A DNA stretch of 63,813 nt, counting the filler, from Piptocephalis cylindrospora (taxonomy: Eukaryota), in assembly GCA_003614145.1 (NCBI GenBank). It is 3 parts of 3 records of this genome, joined end to end, with 100 filler letters (N's around TTAATTAATTAA, not from the genome) between each part and the next. Parts side by side here need not be neighbours in the genome. Positions count along the whole stretch, not along the records: positions 1 to 21,657 come from KZ987806.1; 2 more parts are not named here. One strand, written 5' to 3'. Below the pieces are notes generated by a model, which was not told where the DNA came from, searched no databases, and saw only the letters and a list, made by a program, of their open reading frames with translations. Position 1 is the first letter of the stretch. Every line of letters starts with the position of its first letter. The position numbers and the translations under genes are program-made. This document shows, in pieces, positions 1-12,612 of the stretch.

Positions 1-186
1 ATCAAGCAAAGACGCGAAGCAAGGGAGGCTCAAAGATGTGAAAAAAAGGAAGAGTGAAGTAGAAGAATGAGCCCAAGAGCGGGAGAGTTCCGTCTTTTCT
101 AGATCCATTCCAGGCCGATGCCCCTCTAAAATACGCCTTTTCTCACCTCCCCCGTCTCCGAGTCTCACATGCACCAATCAATCGAG

Positions 187-1746
187 CTACAGGTTCTCCG
201 CTGGACTAGAACTATCGTCCATCATGAGAAGATCGTGTATATCAGGACTCCTGGGAATGTACTGGATTCTTCGATGAGGAGGTGGATTAATCAGACCATC
301 TTCTACCTCATCCAGATCAATGGTCTCCCCATCCCCCGCTCGAAGGTGAAAGGCCCATAGAATGTGAAGGGTGGCTAGGTAAAGATCGGCCTCAGCCAGG
401 TGAAGACCAGCACACACCCTCCGACCTCCACCAAAGGTCCAACTTTCCCTTTCCCCCTGCTTCCCCATGGCTTCCTCGGAGAGAGTTTTTGGGTTGGTCT
501 CCCATCGTTCAGGGCGGAATTCTTCAGCGCTCTCCTGTCTGGAACCTACCCCATGGATAGCATGAATATTACTGATGATCCAAGTACCCTTTTTGATCAA
601 AACACCTTGATGTTCGATATCTTCGATGTTCGTGCGCGGCAGGAGGAACTGGGAAGGACCACGGAAACGAAGACACTCTTGCAGAACACAACGAAAGTAG
701 GGCATATCGTCTACGTCGGTTATAGTCGGAAGTCTGCTCTTTCCGATGACTCGGTCCATTTCTGCATGTACCCTCTCTTGAACATCTAAACGGGTAGCCA
801 GGATATGAACGATCCAGGTGAGGGACAAGGAAGTGGTGTGCAGGCCTGCGACCATGGTTTCGCCTAAGAGAATGTATGCCTGAAGGGTAGTAAACTCTTG
901 GGCTTTGATAGCATCTGCCAAGTGCTTGCAAATGGTAGTGGGAATCCCGGCATCTACCTTTCCCCGGTTTTCCAGATAATGAGTGAAATTCGTATGCTGA
1001 ATCTTGAATTCCTTCTCAAAGAAACGCTGTGCTTCACGGCGTTTATGGCCAAAGAAAGGCCACAGGAATGAGAGGAGATCGGCAGGATAAGCCTCTGGGA
1101 TCCCAAAATTAAAGGCTTCCTCTGTACTATTACTATGCTGCTGGACTCGTGGATCCAAATGAGATTGAATTCGTGTTCCATAGGTCACAGACAGGGTGAC
1201 ATTAAGAGAATGCCATAGAGCAATGTTCCTAATGGAAAACCCCGAGGGTCCGTTCTCTTGACTTTCCTTATACAGGACCTTGCAGAGCTCACGACCTTCA
1301 TGGGTAAGGAACCCCATGTAGCCTCTGACCGCTGCCTTGGATGTGGAAAGCGATAATATCTTCCGGCGAGATCTCCAACCGGAGCCGTAATTAGCATTTA
1401 GAACTCCTTGGCATCCCTTGGTGAGAATTTCAGCAGGAATTTCCTGGTACGGACGATGGGAAAATGTGGTACCATGCTTGACGAGGATGTCATGTATCGC
1501 CTCTGGGGAACTTAGGACCATCCAATCGGCCTGACCCATCTTGAGATAGAAAACATCTCCATATTGTTCGGCCCATTTGGAAAAAAGGAGATAAGGCCGT
1601 GGAGACATTTGATGTAGGTTGCCAATGATGGGTAAACCTGGAGGCCCAGGGCGGTTAGGCCTCCTTGCCCGGTGGAACTCACGGGTAAGCCAAAGAACTC
1701 CAAAAATAACCAATGGAACCCAGATTTCTTGATAAATGACTGGCAT
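187..1746 (-). CDS. Cytochrome P450 monooxygenase (intronless, 519 aa)
   Basis: N-terminal TM anchor followed by PGPPGLPIIGNL proline hinge; I-helix AGLHTT; ExxR (ECLR); PERW; heme-binding FGGGRRVCAG. Confidence 0.96.
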   Translation of the reverse strand: MPVIYQEIWVPLVIFGVLWLTREFHRARRPNRPGPPGLPIIGNLHQMSPRPYLLFSKWAEQYGDVFYLKMGQADWMVLSSPEAIHDILVKHGTTFSHRPYQEIPAEILTKGCQGVLNANYGSGWRSRRKILSLSTSKAAVRGYMGFLTHEGRELCKVLYKESQENGPSGFSIRNIALWHSLNVTLSVTYGTRIQSHLDPRVQQHSNSTEEAFNFGIPEAYPADLLSFLWPFFGHKRREAQRFFEKEFKIQHTNFTHYLENRGKVDAGIPTTICKHLADAIKAQEFTTLQAYILLGETMVAGLHTTSLSLTWIVHILATRLDVQERVHAEMDRVIGKSRLPTITDVDDMPYFRCVLQECLRFRGPSQFLLPRTNIEDIEHQGVLIKKGTWIISNIHAIHGVGSRQESAEEFRPERWETNPKTLSEEAMGKQGERESWTFGGGRRVCAGLHLAEADLYLATLHILWAFHLRAGDGETIDLDEVEDGLINPPPHRRIQYIPRSPDIHDLLMMDDSSSPAENL

Positions 1747-4261
1747 CTTTTAAGGATATAGGGGGTTTTAATAGGAATGGTAATTGGATACGGTCGACGA
1801 TGTAGAAAGGTAAGGTAGAGGGTAATGTGATGATGTCTAGATTGATGGATTGGAAAAATTGACGTTCAACTATAACATTCATCGGTTACTTTATAGATCA
1901 TGGAAAATGGGCCTACTTGAAGTTTAAGTATGATGATCCTTGGAAGAATCTTAGAACTCCGTTTCCATTCATAAGAACTAGGCGACATCTAAGACTGAAT
2001 AGGATAACCATGGAAGCCCCAGGTATCTCATGCATAAAAGGGAGATATTCCATACGGGCAGGAGCTTATAGATTCTCTTCCTTTTCTTCCTGAAGCAGTT
2101 GCTACACTATCTTGAATGCTGCGAGACCCCTCTATCTGCAGATGATGCCAATCTCCCCCTGTATATGATGCTTTCATGCCCCGGAGAAATCAGAGCCTAT
2201 ATAGATCCGCATATGCATATATCTACAATCAGCCCTTGGACAAAATTGGCATACTTTATCCAAGCCAACAATCCACCAAGATGAACAGTGATGGGTCTTT
2301 GGGCTCCAAGGGGTCCCTTGGAATATCTACCCATGGGTCGTAGGGGTACATTTACTTGTCTCAGATATAGCGCATTTATGTACTCTCCTTGAACTTCCAG
2401 CTTTCGCTGCTACTCAAATCGAAATGATGCACGCTATTGTAATAGCCATGCACCGAACTAACTTTGGAACGTTTATCATAAGATAATTTTAGTGAATAAA
2501 GCACACTATCTGCCAACTTGTCTCTGTCCCCTCTACCCACCGAGTGGTCACTTTTGACATTAATGAGGAACGGCGTCTAAATGTCGCATTATTGTTGAAA
2601 ATTGCATTGCCCCATGGGGAAATGCGCCCAAAAGGTTAAGGCTCACGTCCCTTATTACAGGCCATGCAAGTATCATGTTCTACCATAGCTATTCGGAGTG
2701 AATTAAATCGGAATATCGCTACTTCTGAAAGGATCAATAACAATCAACAGGTTCCCTAGGGCAAAAAAGCACACGTCAAAGAGAGAGGTGCCCATCAGTA
2801 ATCCGTGGAAAATCATGCATCTCTGAACGCCCTTCTATTTCATGCCAAGTCGTCCAAAAGAGTTTATTAACATAATTGATGAATGTGTTCCTCTTATTTT
2901 CTCAAGGATTTATATTTCCACACACAACCATCCCTTTCCCTTAAAGCTCCCGGGTCAGGTATGCTTCACAGGTAGATAACTGTGTGGAATATACGGTCAA
3001 TGAGTTCATTTCCACATCTATGCCATCTGTGGACTACCCGGATGTACACCTGGGGAATATGCACCATGTAGACTATACAGGCTACTAAGCTTATCGCCCT
3101 GATCTGCTGACCAATTGGAATATAACTGACCACTCGAATAGCTTTCTAAAGCCACCAGTCACATGACGCATCACGAAAGCCGAGGGGGTAATAGCCGAGA
3201 GGAAGCAAGTTCATTCCATCGATTGGTTTTTTTCTGTGGCTCAGTGTGCCAGTACGAGATCCTTATCGACTGACGATCAATACCTCGAAGGACGGCGCGA
3301 AAAGGAATAATTGTACAAAAATGAAGGGAAAAGCGCGCCTTAGTAGTTGTGTGGAATGCATCATTTGCTCACATTGGCATCTCATTGCGCCTTAAGCATA
3401 AACTTATGTCCAGAATCATCACCGTGTCCTATCGCCTTCTCGTCAATTAGCACCATAATTAGCTGTTGAAAACGTTCCTACTCTCTTTTTTATAGGATGC
3501 CCTTTTAAAGTACATATCTGATCTACATTCGCATATGAAAATGCTCATCAAAGCCGGCCCTCTGGCGGATTTACCTAGAGGGCTTTAGTTAAATCTCTCA
3601 ATGCATACATGCAAAGATAAGGCCGGTCATCCTGTCTCTTACCCAGAATCACCATTTTCCGTGTCCTTACTGTGGAAATCTAAATGACCCAAGAGAATCA
3701 AGGATAAGAAAGAGACACGAATCAAGAATATAAAAAAGTAAGAGAGAAACGGAAGCAAGAGGTCAAGAGCGAGAGAGTTTCCTTTTCCTCATCGCCTTAA
3801 ACACATTACCGGATCCGCTCCAGGTAATCGAGCCTCTAGAGTAAGTCTTTCTTCAGCATGCGCCCCCCTATAGGCCCTTTCAGGCCCAGGTCCTAAACCC
3901 ATACACGTCTTCCAAGTCATCCGACACTTCCTTGCAAATATGCAAACATGCATACACACATGCCTCATGTCTTCCCCGTACAACATCGCACGATGCGCGG
4001 GTACCAATTACTTTACAGATACAATGCTCCACAATAGAGTGTTCAAGCTCAATGAAATGGTGATAATTGCCCGATAGCTCATAGCCTGGTAGTATAAGCC
4101 AATAAAAAAAGGGAAATGATACACGATATACGATAAAACCAAAGGATACCGCGTCCAAAATTTCATGAATATATTTTAAGCCAGAGATCCCTGAAAGGTA
4201 CTCGATCACTTGGGGGTCGGAGGGAAGAAAGAAAGCAGGTAGCTTAGGCAGTGGAGGCTCA

Positions 4262-4492
4262 TCAGTCGCTGGGGGTACAGTGCCCAACCTTTTTCTTCCC
4301 GTCATTGGAGGGAGTCAGCTTGCAGTAGTATCCGTCGCCCCTGGCATCACAGTCCAAATGGGAGTTACAATCACCGCCATCATCAACGGCAGTATTATTA
4401 TCCCTGTGGCCATTCGTGTTCTTGGGAGAAGCTGAAACGGCAGCTGCCATGGCCAGCATGACGGAGATGGAGAGGATGGATACGATCTTCAT
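4262..4492 (-). CDS. Small secreted cysteine-containing protein (76 aa), effector-like
   Basis: ATG at 4492 after a pyrimidine-rich leader gives signal peptide MKIVSILSISVMLAMAAAVSA, then a short mature region with 4 Cys (CNSHLDC...YYC...HC). AT-rich TATA-like sequence near 4645-4654. Confidence 0.75.
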   Translation of the reverse strand: MKIVSILSISVMLAMAAAVSASPKNTNGHRDNNTAVDDGGDCNSHLDCDARGDGYYCKLTPSNDGKKKVGHCTPSD

Positions 4493-7400
4493 AATGAAGG
4501 GAAAGAGGAGATGGGTGAAGGGTGAATCGCTCAGCGAGAGAAGTAGAGGAAAGAGGTTAAAGCTCTTTGAAGAAAGGAGGAAAGAGTTGAGAGGTTTGTA
4601 CGGTGGGCAAGATGGGATGAGTGGGAGAAACTTCAATCCAGCCTCTATTTAAATCTGACATTCTGAGAGTAGGCGGTATTTCCAATGAGGTAATAGTCCA
4701 TTCTCCATTGGTTTTCTCCCCCTTGACCCTGCTTCAAGACTCTTGGCATCAGAGATGTCGTTACACCTAGTACCCATCTCTACACCCCTCCTGCCTACTC
4801 TCTCATATTCTTGGCATGCCCTTCACGGATGTTTCCAATAGAGTCAATGATACTAGCTTTGTCTAGCACGGGGCCTTTCTGAATACGCGATTGTCCTAGC
4901 AAGTAACTTGCACTGCAAGCCAACCGCCACTACACTCAAGGCTCGAAAAGGATTTGTTTTGGATGACCACTCATGGGTTCATGCGGCCTAAGGATTGGTG
5001 GCCTATCTCTTTGAATATAGGGTGAAGCTGGGAGCGGCTCGAAGGCATGATTGAGGAAGAGGCGTAGCATTGGGGGTATTGGTCGGAGATACTGTTTCAA
5101 AGGGTAGAAGAGGGGAGGTATGCGGGGTATCAGTTGAAAGCACTGCTTGACCGGAGAGAACACACTACATGCTGACTTTTACTGGGACAGCCAACTCACA
5201 TCCGCAGAGAATGATTGTAAGTGCACTACTCGGAGTTCAAATGCTGCTTGCCAAGTATATCAAGGTATACTACAACTGGTCATGTATCCGTTTGCCACCC
5301 CTCCCCCCACAGTATTAGTTAGGTCAAGATATTCAATGATTATCCTCTTCCCCACCCCATGTGTGAACACAAAAGAGCCTAGATTCCGAAACCAAAGCCG
5401 GTGAGCCGAATGAAACTTTGACTGGCTTGGCGAGGTCGGTGTTTAACGAGACCCAAGCACTGCTCGTCATCGTTTAATCTCGCGCCTTATACCAGCCCGA
5501 AGATAGGGAATTGAGCTATCCAAACTATGCCTCTTATCTCTAGGGACTTCTTAACCATTTCCCCATACATTGGTTTTCTTTTAAACATGGCGGTGATGAA
5601 ATCATTATTATCCCACTAACAGGGCAAACTGAAAAACTGAGCATACAGCCTACCCTTTTAGGCGTAATATGCGCGATACAATTGGCTACAGCCCCCCGAT
5701 GTGCGCCCCACTCATAATTTCAATGGGTGCTATAAAAGCCTTTAGGCCGTTTTAAAGAAGGGAGCTGACTTGTCCAGATCCTACTCGCTGGAAGGGACCC
5801 GAAATGTGGGTAAATACTGAGGGTAATGTCATTAGGGCACTTATACTTGGCCTAGCGCGAGAAAGAAGAACGAAAAATTAGCCCGCTGTGAAATACAATG
5901 TATCATGAAAGTGTGCCAGTACTTATATACCATCATTGCGTCGGAAATAGAGATCCAAATATCAAAGGGGAATTTGAAGAGTTTGAGATTTGGACCTCAG
6001 AGATCTTAAGTCTCGGATTTCTTTGTCTTTGGGGACCTTGGATCGGCAAAATATGACCTGGGGAGATGCTCTTAACTATAGATCAATTCTTAACAGGGGG
6101 GTGATATCCTAATCAAGAAGGTTTACGAGGAAGGAGGGGGAGGGAATAAAGGGAAATTGGACGTTTATTTTTCAGATTAATGCAAAAAGGAATCGAATAT
6201 CCAGTCACTTGCGCCTTTCTTCATCACTAGAGGGAGAATCATGGTGGAGCGTAGGAGAAAGTAAAGATAGAAGGGCTTTGTGAAGACAAGGGGTTTCAAG
6301 GGGCGGGGGATTGGCGTACTCGTTCAAGGATCGGACCGAGGTTCCCATGTAGGATAAGGATAGGGTTGTATGGGGTTCAAAGGTAGCGTTTTCCTTTGTA
6401 GTGTATGGGTGAGGGATGGGTGAAACCAGAATCAACGCTCTCCTGTGCATAGTGAGCTCTATCCAACAAGATGATCAAAGTATAAAAGGCCAGTAGAACA
6501 CAAAAGCATATCAGCATATATTACATTTAAAGGAAATGATGGGAGAAAGAGGGATGGTTTGTGGTGGCCACTAAATTGAGCTGTACCATTTTAAAGGGGT
6601 CGCCTCTGAATGATCGCACCAATCTACCCAGCTATAAGATCCCATGGATGATTAATCCGTGCCATAAGCTTCACGTATTGCCACAATCATCTAAAAAACG
6701 ATATTGCTTGTAGCAGTAATTAAGTGGAGATTCATTCTACATACAGTCCGTGTACCATGAAGTTATTTCCGCCTTCCAGAGATATCATAGTATATCATAA
6801 ATTCCTGTTAGACTCCCCAAAGTATGGCATATATTGATGGCAAGCGATCAGGATCAAGGTGACTGAAATAATGCACTGCAGACAGAGGAAAGGAGGCGCA
6901 GTGACAAAGTCACGGAGAGGATGGGAGGGAAACCCCGTGAGTGTTTTAGCGTAGCCTGGAGGAACCCCTTTTCTGCTCATCCAGATCAGAGCTTGAGCGA
7001 TTTCTAGAATGTCAGCGGTTTAGATGTGCATCTGTATTTTTCTTTGGTGATGTTAAACCCGCCTAACGATTAATATACCTCTCCTTTTTTGTCTTTTGCT
7101 CCCCATCACCCTCTCAAACCTTCAAGGGCATCCTGTTCTTTGATGATTCGGCCACGTTTTGACTATAACTCTGAGCGCTTGAACTCATGCCCTCAGCCCC
7201 GTTTATCATGCTGGAACGCCCAAAACCAAACCAAATGTCACTGAGCCATCTCTCGGCGGTGCTCGATGTCCGACAGGCAGAAAGTGGAGTAACGTTTTCT
7301 AACTCAGCGTAACAATATGCGGCAGAGTCAGGCCGAGGGGTGAGGTGTTAGTGCCCAGGTCTGCTAAAGTCATGAAAAAGAAAGCCAGTTACAACTTGAT

Positions 7401-7652
7401 CAAGCTCCCCTGTTTTGGATAAGATGCAGCTCTCTTTACAGGAAGAAGAAACACGAGGCAGGCGGAGTTATCAATGTAGCTCTTTGGTATGATCAACAAA
7501 GAATGAAAAGATAAAGTGGGTCAGTGTATAGTACGGCCGAATTATCCTTCTCTCCTTCCCCTTCTTGCTTTTCCCCAGTAACGATAACCCCAACACCCGA
7601 TCCACTTTCTTCCCCAGCTGACGTCTAAGACACGAATACCTTACCACTCACG

Positions 7653-8303
7653 ATGAATCTCTCGCCTTTCGTTCTCCTCTTCATACTTTCTATCCTTTCT
7701 CTTTCTGCTGGTGCTCCGTCAAAACGTAAGTTCTTGACCGTTGCATCCATGATCGAGTTTACCCACCCAGATTATTTCTCCTCTGTATCTTCCAATTATT
7801 CCTCCGATGAGGAGACGAGAGAAGATAAGGACCCGCATAATTACAATACCGACCATACCCCAAAACAAATTGATGAGATCTGGAAGGGCGAATATCATCC
7901 AGACTTGTCACCGGAAAACAGGAAATTACTTGAAGAGAAAGACTGGGAAAAAACATTTTGTCAGCATGCCAAGGTGGTAAGGGGAGCTTTTATCCATCTC
8001 TCCTCTCAAGTTCGCCGCGGGATCATTACCCCACCTTTGGACAAGGCTTTGGAGCAGGGTATTCTGGTGGCCCATGGTGCCACCTCCAAATTGTACTCAG
8101 CGGTCGGATGGCGAGGCAAATGGAGATCTCATTTTCACATGGGGTACTCAGCTTACCAAACCCTCACCGAGATCAATGACCTAAATAAGGAAGAGAAGGA
8201 TAAGGAAATCAAGCACCTTAATAATGCCTCTAAAGATCTCAATCGACAAATGAAGAGGAGCTGCTGGAACCATAATTACATCCCCAATCATGTATTGTCA
8301 TAA
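7653..8303 (+). CDS. Secreted protein of unknown function
   Basis: Signal peptide MNLSPFVLLFILSILSLSAGA; 216-codon ORF; possible in-frame 45-nt intron GTAAGT(7726)..CAG(7770); pyrimidine-rich leader. Confidence 0.7.
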   Translation: MNLSPFVLLFILSILSLSAGAPSKRKFLTVASMIEFTHPDYFSSVSSNYSSDEETREDKDPHNYNTDHTPKQIDEIWKGEYHPDLSPENRKLLEEKDWEKTFCQHAKVVRGAFIHLSSQVRRGIITPPLDKALEQGILVAHGATSKLYSAVGWRGKWRSHFHMGYSAYQTLTEINDLNKEEKDKEIKHLNNASKDLNRQMKRSCWNHNYIPNHVLS

Positions 8304-8596
8304 GGCAAAAGGAGCTGGGCAGGGTAAATTAGTGGCAATGGTGGTGATGGGGGTGGTATTCAACAGCCATACCCGGTACAATCACCACCGTACTTTCATC
8401 CAGAGGCCTGGCTCTTGAAATGATTTATGCCATGGATGATGCGTCCATAACGAACGAATCAATACAGTATTTTAAGCTTACTTGTGACATGCATTATGCA
8501 CCCGTGATATAGACTGCCTCACAAATGTGTACCAGTATTTATACCATCATAGACCCTTTTCTCCATTATCCTTCTTGCAGAAAGCTACTCTTGGTT

Positions 8597-9475
8597 AAAT
8601 AAAATACGCTAGAAGCGCATAAACCACAAGATTAGGGTTACCTGAAACAACTATACGCATCAAGACGCTCTTGGAGAAGGGTCAATCGCTCCGCCAAGCG
8701 GCCGCTTCGACCAAAGTAAGATCATCTACGGCAATGAGGAAGCGTAAGGAGCTAGGGATGGCAGGAAAACCCAACCCAGGTGGCCGCCCAAGGTTTCTAA
8801 CCCCGAGAGAAGAGCGAATGGCCAACCGGAATGTAACTACAACATCCAGGGGATCAGCCAGGAGAGTTGCAATGCAAATTTCCGCCGATCGTGGAGAAAG
8901 TATCAGTGCAGCTGCAGTGCTTCGTGCCCTTAACATGAGAGTATAGAGAAGCAGGAGACCTGGAGAAGCCCTCCATGACGGAAATGTAGTATCTACAAGT
9001 TTGAAGGAGGTAATGTACTGATTTGGGGCTGTATTTCTGTTTATGGGGTTGGTAACCTCTATAAGATTGACGGGAGCATGGGTACGGACGTATACTGTGA
9101 TGTGTTGGAAGAAAATTATCTATCATCGCTGGATGACTGGGGACTTAGTGATGAGGATGTCATCTCTCAGCAGGATAATGACCCAAAGCACATCTCTGTC
9201 AAGGCTCAGAACAAACTTTTCTTAAATGGGATGAGACCCCCCCAGAATGTTGTTTTGAATCTCATCGACAACATGCCTTCAAGGATTCAGGCCATCCTAA
9301 GAGCAAAGAGTGGGCACATTGGTTACTGATGGTTGGCGATGAGCTTTGCAGAATCCTACATCAAAACTCTACTAGTATAATTTATATCGCAATTATTTAA
9401 TTTCTGCAACGAGCTCTTGATTAATATCCAATCACCTTGATCGTATGACACTTACGCTTCTAGCGTATTTTATTT
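8597..9475 (+). mobile_element. Internally deleted Tc1/mariner DNA transposon relic
   Basis: Perfect 21-bp inverted repeats AAATAAAATACGCTAGAAGCG (8597-8617) and its reverse complement (9455-9475). They enclose an HTH-like fragment with GRPR (8671-8946), GGNVLIWGCI, QQDNDPKH and C-terminal MPSRIQAILRAKSGHIGY, all Tc1 transposase hallmarks. Confidence 0.88.
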
Positions 9476-9976
9476 CATCAATAATGACTTTCTGTAAGAT
9501 GAATGTGAAGATTGTGTTCTCTCGTCTCGATTGATGCCATTAGCACCAGTTCCTGAACATAAACAAGGTGCCTAGAAAGAAGCCACCTCAGCACATTCAT
9601 CTCTGTAGAGCTTGACAAATAGGGAATAGTTCCGGCGAGCCTTGATGTTTAATCAAGATCAAGAATCTCCTTGATGATATAACCGGTTTATTCTCCCTCA
9701 TGAGGCATGTTACAGAGCATCCAAACGTATTACCCGCCTAGGGAGATCAATAATTTCCTTCTCTATCCTATTATTATTAATAGAACGTAGGCTACCAAAG
9801 ATAAAAAAAAGATGCGTATTCCTTGTATTGCTTACACTTTCCTATCCATCGTTGTTCTCATCTCCCTCTCCCTACCCAACCATCCATTAGGTCCACTGTC
9901 ATGGAAACCCTTGCGTCACCCCGTCCAAAGCCTGCCAAAAAGGGAAAGTACCTTTGTCTCTTTACCCCTCCAAAAC

Positions 9977-12612
9977 TTATATCCATACAGGCGCCTCCTT
10001 GAGCTTCCTCTCCTTCTCCCCTCCACTTACCGAGCTGGTAGACGTGGGATGACCTGGGCTGACAGCAGCATCAAAGATACCCCCAGAATCAAGGGAGGCT
10101 TCACGCATGAGCCTCCTTTCCAGCTCGGAGACCTGGGCTCTTAGGTCCTTGACTTCTTCTTCATCCCCATCTCCCCCTCCCCCTCCTCCCTCTCCTCCTA
10201 GGCCTAAGGCCTCAAGAACCTTGTCTTGACTTGCACTTCCCCCTCCAGATCCAGAGGGAGATGAAGCACCATGGCCTTGGCCATTGAGGGCAATATCGAT
10301 ACGACTCACAGCTACCTCGACCTGTGATTCCAATTCAACGATCCGGTTCTTGAGGCCAGCAATGACCCCGGCGTTACTGGCTTGAACAGCCTCGGAGAAT
10401 TTGACTTCGTCTCGGGCCTTTCGAGTTTCCTCCCTGGATATGGATGGGGAATCCTCCAAGGTCTTGCACCGGTCCTCGAGATTTGCCACGATCTTCTCAT
10501 AATCTTCAATGATCGGCTCCATATCTCGTTGAAAGGCCGAGGTGTCATACCCATCGTCCCCGGCCCCAGATCCAGACCCGGACACGGGTCCGTCGCCCAG
10601 GTAACCCTGAGAAGACCGAGCCTCCTTGAGTTGAGTGCAGGACTCATCGTACTTGACCAAGAGGTGTCGGTAGGAGGAGTTGACGCGGTTAAGCTCCTCC
10701 TCGGTCCGACGCATCTTCCGCAGCAGGGCTGGGGGAACGGCTTGACCGACGACCGATGGAACCTCCCCACGACTAGATGTATGACTCATGGAGGGCTCTG
10801 AGTGGGTAGGGGAGACGGGCCTAGAAGCCGAGGGAGATCTTAGGCCCGAGACACCGTTGCGATTGGCCGGGGTAAGGGACATGGACCTACCCCCGATGGG
10901 CGATCTACTACGTAGGGTGGGGGAGGTGGGGATGGGGATGTGGGAGGAGGAGGAGGAGGGGCCACCGCCACTCCCTAGGGAGTCATCCGTATCGGCGTCG
11001 GATGGGGGTCTAGGGGAGATGGCTCCGGACCTTCCACTCCGACTCCCAGTCTTGGCCCCCTTGAGCTCCTCTCGGAGTCGCATGACTTGGGCCTGAAGCC
11101 AAGTGACATCGGTGGACATTTCTTCGTTTTTGACCATACGATTCCGAATGTTCCGGGCCCTGTTGGCATATTTGAGAGTGTTGAGGGTCTCGGCCAGATT
11201 GGCCATCGCTGGGGAGACACACGCAATCATCCAAGTGGCACTACTGCCTCCTAAGGAATCTTGAAGGAGACGAGTCAACTTGCTATCTCGGTAGGGGATG
11301 TGATTTCCCCGTTTCGATGGGTCTCCCAAGGCACTAATGACATTTCCCAGGGCGGAGAGACCAGCGTTGATGGAAATACCCTCCTTGGCTCGATCACCAA
11401 CGGCGTTGGTGCGCTTGAGCCGCTCGGACCCAGCCAGATCGACAAAGTGAAATTTAGTGGTAGTGGAAATGCCGTCAGCGACAAATGCCCCCTCCTCCCC
11501 GCCCCCGCCTTCGTCGGACCGACGGGAGAGAGAGCTAGTGGGTCTAGGGGGGATAAGGCCGCTAGAGGCACTCTGACCCAGGCCTCCCCCGGGCCGAACA
11601 CCGATCCGGGAGGAGGACCGAGTTCCGGGGATAGAGGAGGTGGAGGGGGAGGAGAGACCCGCGGTGACATTTCGTCCTCGTAGACCCCGGCCAAGTCCAA
11701 GACCCAGGCCGCCGGAGGCTCCTGCACCACCTGACCCACGCTCTTGCTTGAGGGTGATGGAGAAGATGGCGTGAGAACGGGAGGAGTGGGCGTTCATTTC
11801 GGTGGATCCAGTCTGGCGTCTCCATGAGCCTTGGGAAAGCTGGTTCATGACGTCCTCGGGATTACGGACCAGAATCTCTTGGACACCGGTCCAGTAGATT
11901 CTCCCTTTAGGATCCTCGCGGATCTGCACGGGGACACGACCGTCGGTTTCGACTAAAAGGTCGCGAAGATCTTCGTTGTAAATTTCTAGGTAGGAGACCC
12001 GGACGGTAAAACGATCGTGATTTCCTTGGGCCTTGAGCTGAGCAATGCGCTGGAAGATACTTTCCACCGCCCGAGGTACAATGCCTAGATCCTCATAAGC
12101 CTCGTTTCCATTAGGATCGCCTGTGCCCATAGTATGAGTCTTTCCCGAGGAGGTTTGTCCATAGGCCAGGATGGTAGCATTGTATCCTAGGTGAGATAGG
12201 GAGGGGACGTGAGAATGGGGAGTTTGGAGAGGTGGGGGATAGGGGAGTTGAATGGAACATGTGAACAGATGAAGTATGAATTGACACCTACCGTCAAAGA
12301 ATTGATTCATCAAGGGGGTGACCACCTCGGAAAAGACGTCTTCTTGGGTAGATTCCTCCGAAAAGGCCACATCATAGGTAAATGGCTTGGGTTCCGAGTG
12401 GACACGGATGACGGGGTCGGGGGGGCTGAGATGAAGGACGGTGGGAGGGGGACCACGACGACCATGAAGCTCGAGCTGGGAGAAGGGCCGAACACGAACG
12501 GCTATGAGGATGGGGAGATTGGGGTGAGTTGGGGTGTATCTCCTCTGCAAGGGCTGGATGAACAAGACGTACCCACACGAACACTGGTGACCTCTACTTC
12601 GTTTTTAGCCAT
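9977..12612 (-). CDS. Kinesin motor protein, kinesin-4 (KIF4/KIF21/KIF27)-like, spliced
   Basis: Exon 1 MAKNEVEVTSVRV (ATG 12612); intron 12572-12502 restores VRVAVRVRP; P-loop GQTSSGKT; SSRSHAIF; DLAGSER; HIPYRDSKLTRLLQDSLGG; coiled-coil tail. The 3' end may include one more small exon. Confidence 0.93.
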
